The position numbers and the translations under genes are program-made. The notes beneath the pieces were generated by a model. That model was given only the letters and a program-made list of their open reading frames with translations, was not told where the DNA came from and ran no database searches. DNA of 64,000 nucleotides from Minisyncoccota bacterium (GTDB taxonomy: Bacteria; Patescibacteriota; Minisyncoccia; Phycocordibacterales; SBAW01): NCBI GenBank assembly GCA_035549255.1, contig DASZRD010000005.1, positions 58-64,057 of the forward strand, given 5' to 3'. Shown here piece after piece: positions 37,037 to 44,982 of this stretch (position 1 is the first letter of the stretch; every line of letters begins with the position of its first letter).

Positions 37037-37292
37037 CTCCGCGGGTAGGACTCGAACCTACAACCAACTCCTTACACATATCCTCTTATTACTAAAAGGT
37101 GTGGACTATATCATCTTCCCAAAGGAAGTTTCGGTATCTAGTCTCTACGGCGCCCTCGCACCATGCGAGGTTCCCACGGTGTTGCCCTCTTTAAAAGTAG
37201 GGGTTCACCGTTATCCCGAAATTATTCAATCCGCCTTGCGGCGAAAGGCTGCCTGTCGACAGGGAGCTGCTCTACCATTGAGCTACCGCGGA
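37037..37292 (-). tRNA. tRNA-Asn (anticodon GUU) interrupted by a group I intron in the anticodon loop
   Basis: Exon 1 (37292..37259): acceptor TCCGCGG, D-arm GCTC-AATGGTA-GAGC, anticodon stem GCTCC, loop CUGU. Exon 2 (37074..37037): UAA, GGAGU, variable loop, T-arm GTAGG-TTCGAGT-CCTAC, acceptor CCGCGGA, discriminator G. The spliced loop CUGUUAA matches tRNA-Asn; U1-A72 and G73 also fit Asn. Confidence 0.75.
37075..37258 (-). mobile_element. group I self-splicing intron (184 nt, Azoarcus-like subgroup IC3) within tRNA-Asn
   Basis: Conserved core: P7 strands GUAGAGACUAGAU (R, identical over 12 nt to the Azoarcus pre-tRNA-Ile intron) and AAGAUGAUAUAGUCC (S); P3/P4-like AAUUUCGGGAUAACGG; P2 hairpin CGCC-GCAA-GGCG. 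The 5' exon ends in U, which pairs with a G of the internal guide GCAG; the intron ends in G. Confidence 0.75.
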
Positions 37293-37309
37293 ATGTGACG
37301 AACGTAAAA

Positions 37310-37338
37310 ATCATACACATTTTTTGCTTATTTATCAA
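37310..37338 (-). promoter_or_regulatory. sigma70 promoter TTGATA-17-TATGAT for the intron-containing tRNA
   Basis: Minus-strand -35 at 37333..37338 and -10 at 37310..37315. The -35 hexamer is face-to-face with the -35 (TTATCA, 37332..37337) of the divergent HNH gene promoter (TGtTATATT extended -10 at 37352..37360). Confidence 0.5.
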
Positions 37339-37366
37339 ACTTAACACTTAGTGTTATATTCCCTCT

Positions 37367-37708
37367 ATGGAAAAGAAGTGCAAGATCCATGGCGTCACCA
37401 AGCACTTCCCTCGCCAGGATGGATCTTGGCGTTGCGGCAAATGCGCCTCGGCTTGGGTTATAAAAAACCGCCAAAATAAGAAAGCCCGGCTTGTAGCATT
37501 GTTTGGCGGCAGATGCATAGCCTGCGGATATAAAAAATACGCTGGCGCTCTAGACTTTCATCATATTGATCCAAATAAGAAATCTTTTGCATTGAGCGTA
37601 AAGGGTCTTTCGTACTCGTGGGAGAGTTTGGTAGCAGAGGCAAAGAAATGCGTTTTGGTTTGCAAGAATTGTCATACCGAAATTGAGGCAGGAATAATTA
37701 AGATATAG
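37367..37708 (+). CDS. HNH endonuclease (free-standing, candidate intron-associated homing endonuclease)
   Basis: HNH/His-Me finger: CGKC, CIACG zinc knuckles, LDFHHIDP, CKNCH. AT-rich codons; leaderless start at the predicted TSS. Confidence 0.8.
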   Translation: MEKKCKIHGVTKHFPRQDGSWRCGKCASAWVIKNRQNKKARLVALFGGRCIACGYKKYAGALDFHHIDPNKKSFALSVKGLSYSWESLVAEAKKCVLVCKNCHTEIEAGIIKI

Positions 37709-37942
37709 CCTTTCTAGCGTTTGAGGCCTTGGAAGTTTCTCGACACTGACTGCAGGATTTGCTATATCACATCGGGGGCCGAAAAAATCCGGATCCACGT
37801 GCGCGACGAGCGCTTGAGGAAAGCCCGGATCGTCGGGCAGATACGCTCGGGATGTTTCAGATATTTGACCCGGGCAGGATAAAAGGAGGCATGGTTATAC
37901 CCGATCCGGAATACCCAGCCTCCTCCCCTCCGCTGAGCCGCC

Positions 37943-37975
37943 TCCCTGAGGCGGCTTTTCTTTTTTGTAAAAGTG
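37943..37975 (+). terminator. intrinsic terminator (AGCCGCCTC / GAGGCGGCT hairpin plus TTTTCTTTTTT)
   Basis: 9-bp stem, CCTG loop, U-tract; 235 nt after the HNH stop. Confidence 0.6.
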
Positions 37976-38012
37976 TGGTATTACTTACCAGGCTGTTTTA
38001 GGGAGATGATCC

Positions 38013-38261
38013 ATGCCCGTACAGAAAATCCCGCTTGATACGTTCCTCTCCGATGTTCGCCTGCGGCTGCCGGAACGCTGGGTTGACGCATTCCGCGGCC
38101 AAAAGATCATCATCTTGGAAGACCTCCTCAAAATCCCCGAGGCCGAAATCTTGCGGATCCCCCGCATCCGGCGGACGGATGTGGACTCTCTTCGGGAGAT
38201 ACTCGAGGAAGCCGGCTACAAAATCGGCGAGCTTGCGCCTAGGCGCTCCAAGAAGAAGTAA
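38013..38261 (+). CDS. small helix-hairpin-helix protein resembling the RNA polymerase alpha C-terminal domain
   Basis: 82 aa; LSDVRLRLPERWVDAFRGQKIIILEDLLKIPEAEILRIPRIRRTDVDSLREILEEAGYKIGE aligns by eye with alpha-CTD HhH; GGGAG RBS. Confidence 0.55.
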   Translation: MPVQKIPLDTFLSDVRLRLPERWVDAFRGQKIIILEDLLKIPEAEILRIPRIRRTDVDSLREILEEAGYKIGELAPRRSKKK

Positions 38262-38281
38262 CTTCCTACAACCGATACAAC

Positions 38282-38325
38282 AACCCCCGCGCGGCGCCTA
38301 GCGCCGCGCGGGGGTTCTCTTTTTA
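38282..38325. terminator. bidirectional intrinsic terminator (perfect 14-bp GC hairpin CCCCCGCGCGGCGC / GCGCCGCGCGGGGG)
   Basis: Followed by TTCTCTTTTT on the + strand and by a T-rich run on the - strand; sits between convergent genes. Confidence 0.6.
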
Positions 38326-38345
38326 CGCTTCCCTTTCGAGATCAA

Positions 38346-38567
38346 TTACATTGCATCTTCCGGGGTCGCCGCCCAATCGGCCTGGAATTTATTATTCCAC
38401 TCGACCATCTTGGGATCGTCCTTCGGGGTCGCCGCGATATCGGCCGCCATCTCCGGATGCGCATCCTTGAGGTGCTGCATGCCCTTGTCGAGCATCTCCT
38501 CGGGAGTATTAGCGCTCATCTTAGCCTCGCATGGGCCGCCCATTTGCGCACAGGTCATCGTTTTCAT
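38346..38567 (-). CDS. DUF1059 family small protein
   Basis: MKTMTCAQMGGPCEAKMSANTPEEMLDKGMQHLKDAHPEM matches the DUF1059 pattern (paired Cys, His-rich helix). Confidence 0.7.
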   Translation of the reverse strand: MKTMTCAQMGGPCEAKMSANTPEEMLDKGMQHLKDAHPEMAADIAATPKDDPKMVEWNNKFQADWAATPEDAM

Positions 38568-38642
38568 AGTGAAAGCAAAAGTTACCGACTAAATTATCTA
38601 AAGGCTTGATGCCTACGATACGATAAGTATAGCAACAAGATT

Positions 38643-38682
38643 CAAGCAAAGAAAAACCCCGGCACCTTGGAAGGTGCCGGGG
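38643..38682 (-). terminator. intrinsic terminator after the repeat-protein gene (CCCCGGCACC hairpin plus TTTTTCTTTGCTTG on the minus strand)
   Basis: 10-bp perfect stem with 6-nt loop. Confidence 0.6.
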
Positions 38683-38718
38683 AAATGATGCTTCTGCTGC
38701 GAGAGCCGAAGCGAAGTA

Positions 38719-39240
38719 CTAGGGACTGACGACGACGTTGACCTTGGCGCTGTCGAGCGCGGCGATGTTGGCCACGTCCGCCGTGGCGCCGTAGCCGGAC
38801 AGAGCAACCGCGAGGCCTGCCTGGGCGACATGATCAGCCTCCGCCGAGGTGTTGATCCACGCGCCGTTGTCGACGTTGTTGACCTGCGTATCGGCGACGC
38901 CGCCCAGATTGTCCACCGTAGCAGTCGCCGTGCCGTAGCCCGGATAGTTGAAGTCCGAGATCGCGACGGCAGCACCAAGCTGGATGGCGTGGTTGACCTC
39001 AGCCGACACGTTGGTGTTGCCCGTCCAGTCGCCGTCGACCGACGCCAGCGAGGCAACGTTCGTGCCGGTGGCCGAGGCATTGTTGGCAGCGTCGGCGCCG
39101 GCGAGAGCCAGCTGGCCGATGTTGTCCGCATGCGTGTGCGCGTCCACCGTGATGCCCGAAGCCATAGCGGCCGGGGCGGCGAAGAGCGCGAGCGCAGCGG
39201 CCGCAGCGGAAGCGAGCAGAATGGTCCTGAGATTCCTCAA
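38719..39240 (-). CDS. secreted repeat protein, candidate curlin-like substrate of the adjacent CsgG lipoprotein
   Basis: Signal peptide (AMA/SG); three imperfect ~45-aa repeats (SAEVNHAIQLGAAVAISDF / SAEADHVAQAGLAVALSGY). Asn/Gly/Ala/Val-rich with no Cys; last gene of the CsgG operon. Confidence 0.6.
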   Translation of the reverse strand: MRNLRTILLASAAAAALALFAAPAAMASGITVDAHTHADNIGQLALAGADAANNASATGTNVASLASVDGDWTGNTNVSAEVNHAIQLGAAVAISDFNYPGYGTATATVDNLGGVADTQVNNVDNGAWINTSAEADHVAQAGLAVALSGYGATADVANIAALDSAKVNVVVSP

Positions 39241-39347
39241 GGAAGTTCTCCTGTGTTTGAAGGATCAGAATACCCTGGAAGCGGATGCCTCCAGGGCACT
39301 AACAACGTAACACGTCTACTTGTTTTGCGCAAGTAGCCCGCACTACC

Positions 39348-40256
39348 TCAGGTCGCCGAGGCGACTTGAGTCGTTTGGGGCGCCGGAGCGCCTTCCATCT
39401 GGAGCAGGGTCCGGCATTCCGCAACAGCGGAGCGCCGGTCCGAGATCTTTCTGGCAGCCGACAAGCTGTCGATGAAGTTGCCGAGCAAGTCCACGACCTC
39501 GTAATCGACGAGGAAACGCAGCGTACTCTGCATCGGCTCGCGGTGACCGTTATCCACCTCGAACGAGGCGTACGTAAGGCCATTGCCGGAACCGACGAAC
39601 GTACCGACGCCGAACTTGTCTTCAACCGCCGCGAATTGCTTCGCGGCGCTGCTGGTGGCGACCGTAAGACCGCCATCCGTGCTGCCGTAAGGAAGCGTGA
39701 CGAGACGGGTATCCATGCTGCCGAGCGCCGTATAAGCGCGCGAGCCGGGACCGATGCCAAATACCTGGAACGTGCCCATAGAGCCGGGCAAGAAATCCAG
39801 GGAGCTGACGCTGCCCATAAGCATGTAATTGGGCATCGCGATGGCGCCCTTGATCCCCTTCGCCCCAACCCAGTCGATGTCGGCACGGTACTCGGGCGAG
39901 AGCTCGATCAGCTGGACGCCCACTTGCGCGAGGGCCGAGTTGAACATGTTGCTCGCGCCGTTGCCGACAAAGGCACCCGTGCCATCCTCGGTTGCAGTAT
40001 TGACCTTGCCCGTTTGGTCGGCGATGAGGCCGACGCCGATCTTGAGACTGTGCACTTCCGGAATCTTGGAGATGCACGCCATGGCGGCGTCGTATGGCCC
40101 GCGGACTGTGACGGTGGCGGAGCTCTGCCCCACCAGGGTTGCAGTAGACGATGCGTCCTTGAGGAACGCCGCGCCGCTGTCGCCCTGGGCAGTGGTGCAA
40201 CCGGCAAGTGCGATAGCGCCGGCGATGCCTGCGATGATGCCTGCAATTTTGATCAT
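39348..40256 (-). CDS. csgG: CsgG-family curli production assembly/transport lipoprotein
   Basis: Lipobox IALAGC; CsgG-like blocks (IGVGLIADQTGKV, FQVFGIGPGS, DTRLVTLPYG) similar to E. coli CsgG. Confidence 0.8.
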   Translation of the reverse strand: MIKIAGIIAGIAGAIALAGCTTAQGDSGAAFLKDASSTATLVGQSSATVTVRGPYDAAMACISKIPEVHSLKIGVGLIADQTGKVNTATEDGTGAFVGNGASNMFNSALAQVGVQLIELSPEYRADIDWVGAKGIKGAIAMPNYMLMGSVSSLDFLPGSMGTFQVFGIGPGSRAYTALGSMDTRLVTLPYGSTDGGLTVATSSAAKQFAAVEDKFGVGTFVGSGNGLTYASFEVDNGHREPMQSTLRFLVDYEVVDLLGNFIDSLSAARKISDRRSAVAECRTLLQMEGAPAPQTTQVASAT

Positions 40257-40292
40257 TCCAGTCTCCTGTATGCCGCCCGGGCGGGCGCGTGG

Positions 40293-40703
40293 TTACGGGA
40301 AGGTGATCGAACCCACGTTGCCGGCGGAGATCGGGACCGAAGTCGCGTTCTGCTGGCTCTGAGCGTGGATGTCGTTGTCGACATGAATGTTCTGCGCGTT
40401 ATCGATGGTCGTCACGGAGACGCCATTGAGGTTGGTCGACTCGCCGCCGTACTGGCAGGCGGTCGCCACCGTGCAGTTCGTGTAGGTATTAGTCGTCGAC
40501 GTCGAGTTGTAGGTCGTGCTTCCCCCGCCGTTCTGGTAGAGCCAGAGCGCCTGTGCCTCATTGAAGCGGTTGGCGTCCTGGTCGGCCGAGGGAAACCCCT
40601 CGGAATTGTTCCAGTCGGAGGCAGCGCTGCCGGCGTAGGCCGGAGTCATGCCGCACAGCGCCATGAGCGCGAGCGCGGCACAACCGCATACAATCTTCTT
40701 CAT
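40293..40703 (-). CDS. hypothetical secreted protein, first gene of the CsgG operon (possible CsgF/CsgE-like accessory)
   Basis: Signal peptide (AYA/GS), Asn/Ser/Thr-rich, two Cys; weak resemblance to the CsgF N-terminus (FNEAQALWLYQNGGG vs GAFLLNSAQAQN). Confidence 0.55.
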   Translation of the reverse strand: MKKIVCGCAALALMALCGMTPAYAGSAASDWNNSEGFPSADQDANRFNEAQALWLYQNGGGSTTYNSTSTTNTYTNCTVATACQYGGESTNLNGVSVTTIDNAQNIHVDNDIHAQSQQNATSVPISAGNVGSITFP

Positions 40704-40956
40704 GCAGTCCTCTCTTGTGTTGATGTCTTCGTATCAATGATCGTGCCTCGCAAAAACGCGCCTCATACAGAGAGGCGTTTCGAGAGACTGCGTTCTATCC
40801 TATCATAATCATTGACATTTGTCAAATATCAGGACGGGCAAAAATACCTTGCGGTATATGGGATTTTTATCAGTTTATCGTGTCTGATCCCTATATAGGG
40901 ACTGACCTCCATCTTTACCACCCTAAGCAAGGGTAGAAAGCAAGTATAGTAGAGAC

Positions 40957-41124
40957 ATGAACCCCAAAACGCTGATGGTGATTTTTGCAACTATTGGCTC
41001 GATCGTAGGCGGCTATATACCGACCCTCTGGGGCGCGTCGCTCTTCTCCCTCTCCTCTTGGTTCTTCGGTGCGATAGGCACGGCACTTGGCGTCTGGCTG
41101 GTGTTCAAGCTCCAAGGATATTGA
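40957..41124 (+). CDS. candidate small membrane protein (55 aa, two TM helices)
   Basis: MNPKTLMVIFATIGSIVGGYIPTLWGASLFSLSSWFFGAIGTALGVWLVFKLQGY; GC3-biased; below the ORF-track size cutoff. Confidence 0.4.
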   Translation: MNPKTLMVIFATIGSIVGGYIPTLWGASLFSLSSWFFGAIGTALGVWLVFKLQGY

Positions 41125-41127
41125 GCG

Positions 41128-42045
41128 CTAATTCGTTACGACCGTATCAGAATACTGCATCGCGCACGAGGCGCCGTCGATCGGGCCTGACACTACGACA
41201 TAGTTGGATGCCGGGTTCTCGATGATCGTATGGAGGTCGGTGACGTCGCTCGCGCAATCGTCTGCCGAAGAGCGCGTCCCCTGCGAGCCGTCGAGCCAGA
41301 GGTCAAGCCACGGGTGGCCCTGGTAGCCCGTGTGGCATGGGCCATTCTGCGGAGTATTGCCGTCGCCGCAGGTGTCCTCAACGATGAAGTACTTGCGCAG
41401 GTACGGCATATAGAACTTGGTGCCCGCGGGATAATCAAGCGTGTCGGTGCGGCCCGAGATGCTGTGCCCCACCGCGACCGTGATGGGGTCGCTAAAGGTG
41501 CCCGTGCCGCCGGCCACTTGGTGAATAATCGGATTAGAAATTTCTGACGAACCCGGCGGCGTATTGTCCCAATAGGTGTACGCAGTGAGGTATGCGGTGA
41601 AGCGCACTTCTTGCGAAGCATTTTGTGCTGGCTGCGCAGGAGTCGTCGGCGTTGAAGAAGGTGGAGGAGTAGAAGATGATTGTGAGCCAGAAGAAGGCGG
41701 AGTGGTTGCCGAACCCGTAGTAGAAGTAGTCGAAGACGGATGCGAAGATGTTGCTACCGTGCCAGAACCGGAAGAAGTCTTGCCGTTACTTCCCGTTTTA
41801 GAAGCAGTTTGCGCACCCCTTCCCCACACGAAGAACGGAAATGAAGACTTCAGCGAATGCGGATACATGCTCGAGAGCGCCGCGGGGCTTGCCATCAAGG
41901 TCTCGCCCATATTATTGAACGCCTGCCCACCGACCGACTCGCCGTATTGCTTGCCGAGGTAGAACCCGAGCGCCAGCGTTGCGACAAAGAGAACGATCGC
42001 CAAAAGCTGAGAGTACCAGGTAACGCGTGTCCACTGTATAGCCAT
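41128..42045 (-). CDS. membrane-anchored 3D-domain protein (cell-wall-associated)
   Basis: N-terminal TM, Ser/Thr/Pro-rich linker, C-terminal 3D-domain-like region (RFTAYLTAY ... ITVAVGHS ... AGTKFYMP ... EDTCGDG). Confidence 0.65.
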   Translation of the reverse strand: MAIQWTRVTWYSQLLAIVLFVATLALGFYLGKQYGESVGGQAFNNMGETLMASPAALSSMYPHSLKSSFPFFVWGRGAQTASKTGSNGKTSSGSGTVATSSHPSSTTSTTGSATTPPSSGSQSSSTPPPSSTPTTPAQPAQNASQEVRFTAYLTAYTYWDNTPPGSSEISNPIIHQVAGGTGTFSDPITVAVGHSISGRTDTLDYPAGTKFYMPYLRKYFIVEDTCGDGNTPQNGPCHTGYQGHPWLDLWLDGSQGTRSSADDCASDVTDLHTIIENPASNYVVVSGPIDGASCAMQYSDTVVTN

Positions 42046-42067
42046 AGGTCCCCAAGAATACCAAAAA

Positions 42068-42484
42068 TCACGCTGGCATGCACTTGATGCACCGGCAGCC
42101 TTTCGGCTTGATATAGGCCTCGAAGTATTCGGTGTCGTAATCGTAACTAAGCTCCTCCCCCGCGATTATCTTGCGCTTGGCCATGACCCAGACGCGGCCT
42201 TTATGGATGTCGATCTCGCAGTTGGGCCGGCAGGAATGGTTAATGTAGCGGGCAGTATTGGAGCGCGCGGCGCCGTCGATGGTCTTCTTCTTGGTCACCT
42301 CAAATAAATAGAGGCTGTTGCTGTCCTCCTCTTGCTGTTTGGTGAGGACTTTGCCAGTGTATTCGATAACGCAGGCGCCCTTTTTGATATCCTCAAGCGT
42401 AAAGAGCCCCAAGCCGGCGCGCGAGCGGCCGACCCGGAGCTTTACGCCTACCGGAATAAATTTGCTTCTGCTTTTTCTTTTCAC
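42068..42484 (-). CDS. SET-domain protein-lysine methyltransferase
   Basis: SET signatures NHSCRPNCEI and GEELSYDY, plus post-SET Cys cluster CRCIKC. Confidence 0.85.
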   Translation of the reverse strand: MKRKSRSKFIPVGVKLRVGRSRAGLGLFTLEDIKKGACVIEYTGKVLTKQQEEDSNSLYLFEVTKKKTIDGAARSNTARYINHSCRPNCEIDIHKGRVWVMAKRKIIAGEELSYDYDTEYFEAYIKPKGCRCIKCMPA

Positions 42485-42512
42485 GACCCTGAAGGACCTA
42501 CGTCTGGCTAAA

Positions 42513-42767
42513 TTACTTGAGATGCGCCGAAACGAGCTTGGTCATCTCGAACATGGTGACTTCGTTCTTGCCGAAGATGGGCTTCAGCTTGTCGTCCGCC
42601 ATGATGTTGCGCTTGTTCTTGGGGTTCTGGAGGTCGTGCTTCTTGATGTACTCCCAGAGCTTCTTGACGACTTCCGAGCGCGGCATCGGGCCCTTGCCCA
42701 CGACTGCCTCGAGATCCGAAGAAAGGTCCATCGGCTTGAGCAGGGCGGGATTCGCTTTTCTAACCAT
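42513..42767 (-). CDS. SWIB/MDM2-domain protein
   Basis: 84 aa; VVKKLWEYIKKHDLQNPKNKRNIMADDKLKPIFG fits the SWIB domain consensus. Confidence 0.8.
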   Translation of the reverse strand: MVRKANPALLKPMDLSSDLEAVVGKGPMPRSEVVKKLWEYIKKHDLQNPKNKRNIMADDKLKPIFGKNEVTMFEMTKLVSAHLK

Positions 42768-42862
42768 GAGTGATTAATTAATGTATAAAAGACCGGTACT
42801 GGGAGTATACCGAAAACCCTTTTCTCTGGGAATACCCCTTATACACCCCCGCTGCGCCTTCA

Positions 42863-42891
42863 TTGACACTACAGATTCCTCCCCACACAAT
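42863..42891 (+). promoter_or_regulatory. sigma70 promoter TTGACA-17-CACAAT; predicted leaderless mRNA for the hybrid kinase
   Basis: TTGACA 42863..42868, -10 at 42886..42891, ATG at 42898. Confidence 0.45.
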
Positions 42892-42897
42892 GTCCTC

Positions 42898-44982
42898 ATG
42901 CATAGGTTGCGGGAGGCAATCTCCTTACCTCGCACCCCGAGGGAACAATGGGGCGCCGTAGGCCTCCTTATAGCCTATTTTCTTGCGATCGGAATAGGAA
43001 GCTTTCTGCATCAGGGATTAGCGGTCATAAGCTTCGCTTCCGGCGTGGGCTTAGGCGCGCTCGTGCTCGAAGGGAGCTCTCTTTGGCCCGGCATCTACCT
43101 GGGGGCGCTTGCATGGTACGTCACCAGTGGCGCCGCACCGGTATATATAGCGGTATTGCCGGTCGCGCATACCGCTCAGGCGCTGATAGGTGCCTACCTG
43201 CTGCGCGCTCTGCGCTTTGACCCACTGCTGCGGCGCCTGCGCGACATGTTCTCTCTTATGGGCGTCGCCATTTTTGCCTCGGCGATCGTGCCGATACTGG
43301 GCACCGCGGGCGTCTGGGCGACGCGCCTCTTTATCGACCCTGCCTTTCCTCTTGCCGTAACATTCGGGTCGTGGTGGACCGGCATCATGACCAGCCTCCT
43401 TATCGTGGCGCCGCTTATCATCCGCTGGGGTGCGGAGCCCGTATTCAAGCGCTCCGCGCGGCAGATTTTGGAGCTCGTGTTCGTCTTTGCGGTGCTTATC
43501 GCCATCGACTGGATGCTGCTGTGGGTGGGGATATCCTCCGTCAACGGCGTCTCGCTCGTATACATTATGCTGCTGCCGTTCTTCTGGCTGGCCATCCGTA
43601 TCGGCCCGCGCTTCACGATCCTCGCGCTGTTCCTCACCACCTGCCTCGCCATGGCGGGAACCATGTACGGGCCGCACGCCGTCGCCGACCCGGTAGCGCT
43701 CGGCAACCGGCTCTTTCAGATCGAGATATTCATCAACATCATCGCGATCATCTTCTACATCATCGCGGCGCTGCAGGAAGAGCGCGTCGAGGCGACCAAA
43801 TCGCTCACCTCCTATATCGACAAATTAGAAGAGGCGCTCAACCGCCTGAGCCTCCAGGACCGCGCCAAGAGCGACTTCATTGCCATACTCGCGCATGAAT
43901 TGAGGAATCCTCTTGCGCCCGTCGTGAGCGCGCTAGAGTTCCTGCGCCTCGGCGCGGCGCGGTCGAGCGAGGAAACGGAGACGCTCGAGCTTATGGACGA
44001 CCGCCTCCGCACCGTGCAGCGCCTACTCGACGACCTGCTCGACGTCTCGCGCATCGAGCGCTCCAAGGTCGAGCTTCAGCGCGAGGCGGTTGACTTGCGC
44101 ACCATACTCGAGCGCTCGATCCGCTCGGTCGCCGCCAAGATCGAGGGCCGCCAGCAGCAGCTCGTCTTCGAAGTGCCGCAAGAGCCACTCGTCTTATTCG
44201 CCGATCCGGTGCGCATCGAGCAGGTCGTTTCCAACCTCCTTACCAATGCAAGCAAATTCACGCCCGAAAGCGGCAGGATCTCGGTTGTAGCGACCAGAGA
44301 GGGCGATGCCGCGGTGGTGAGAGTCAAAGATACCGGCATCGGCATTGACCCAGAGCTTATCCCCCGCATTTTCGAGCCGTTCCTCCAGCTTGAGACGGGC
44401 GAGCGCAAGAGCGATGGGCTCGGCATCGGGCTGTCGCTCACCAAGCGGCTTGTCGAGATGCATGCCGGCCAGATAGAGGTCAGGAGCGGCGGCATAGACC
44501 AGGGCAGCGAGTTTACGCTGCGCTTCCCTATCGCGAACGACACGCTCGTGGTGCCGGTGGCGCAGCCGGTCGCGAGCGCCCCCGCCGCCGCCACACCAAC
44601 TCGGGTGCTTGTCGTCGACGACAACGCGGCGGCGGGACGTGGGATCGGCAAGCTCCTCGCGATCAAGGGCTTTGACGTCGAGTATGCGCAGAGCGGCGCG
44701 CAGACGCGCGAGGTTCTTACGCTCAGGAAGCCGCGCGTCATCGTGCTCGATATCGGGCTTCCGGATACCGACGGCTATACGCTCGCGCGCATCTTGCGCG
44801 TGCAAGACAATTTCACGGGCGTACTGATCGCGCTCACAGGCTACGGCCAGCAGGAGGACAAGCAGCGCGCGCTTGAGGCGGGCTTCGACGCCCACCTCAC
44901 CAAGCCGGTCGGGATCGACGAGCTCGTGGTGGCGATCAACCAGGCATTGGCGCGCATAGAGCGTGCTACTATGGCAGAATGA
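42898..44982 (+). CDS. hybrid sensor histidine kinase/response regulator with an N-terminal polytopic membrane sensor domain
   Basis: About 8 TM helices, HisKA (FIAILAHELRNPL), HATPase_c (GLGIGLSL), C-terminal receiver (VLVVDDNAAAG ... LDIGLPDTDG). Start trimmed to ATG 42898 from the track's 42781. Confidence 0.85.
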   Translation: MHRLREAISLPRTPREQWGAVGLLIAYFLAIGIGSFLHQGLAVISFASGVGLGALVLEGSSLWPGIYLGALAWYVTSGAAPVYIAVLPVAHTAQALIGAYLLRALRFDPLLRRLRDMFSLMGVAIFASAIVPILGTAGVWATRLFIDPAFPLAVTFGSWWTGIMTSLLIVAPLIIRWGAEPVFKRSARQILELVFVFAVLIAIDWMLLWVGISSVNGVSLVYIMLLPFFWLAIRIGPRFTILALFLTTCLAMAGTMYGPHAVADPVALGNRLFQIEIFINIIAIIFYIIAALQEERVEATKSLTSYIDKLEEALNRLSLQDRAKSDFIAILAHELRNPLAPVVSALEFLRLGAARSSEETETLELMDDRLRTVQRLLDDLLDVSRIERSKVELQREAVDLRTILERSIRSVAAKIEGRQQQLVFEVPQEPLVLFADPVRIEQVVSNLLTNASKFTPESGRISVVATREGDAAVVRVKDTGIGIDPELIPRIFEPFLQLETGERKSDGLGIGLSLTKRLVEMHAGQIEVRSGGIDQGSEFTLRFPIANDTLVVPVAQPVASAPAAATPTRVLVVDDNAAAGRGIGKLLAIKGFDVEYAQSGAQTREVLTLRKPRVIVLDIGLPDTDGYTLARILRVQDNFTGVLIALTGYGQQEDKQRALEAGFDAHLTKPVGIDELVVAINQALARIERATMAE

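Noticed and set aside
36999-37298. 99-aa + strand ORF
   Set aside because: Lies entirely antisense over the tRNA-Asn exons and the group I intron; AT-rich, no RBS.
39366-40808. 480-aa + strand ORF spanning the CsgG locus
   Set aside because: Antisense to three well-supported minus-strand genes (CsgG motifs, signal peptides); its product is Arg/Ala/Gly-rich low-complexity, the typical high-GC antisense artefact.
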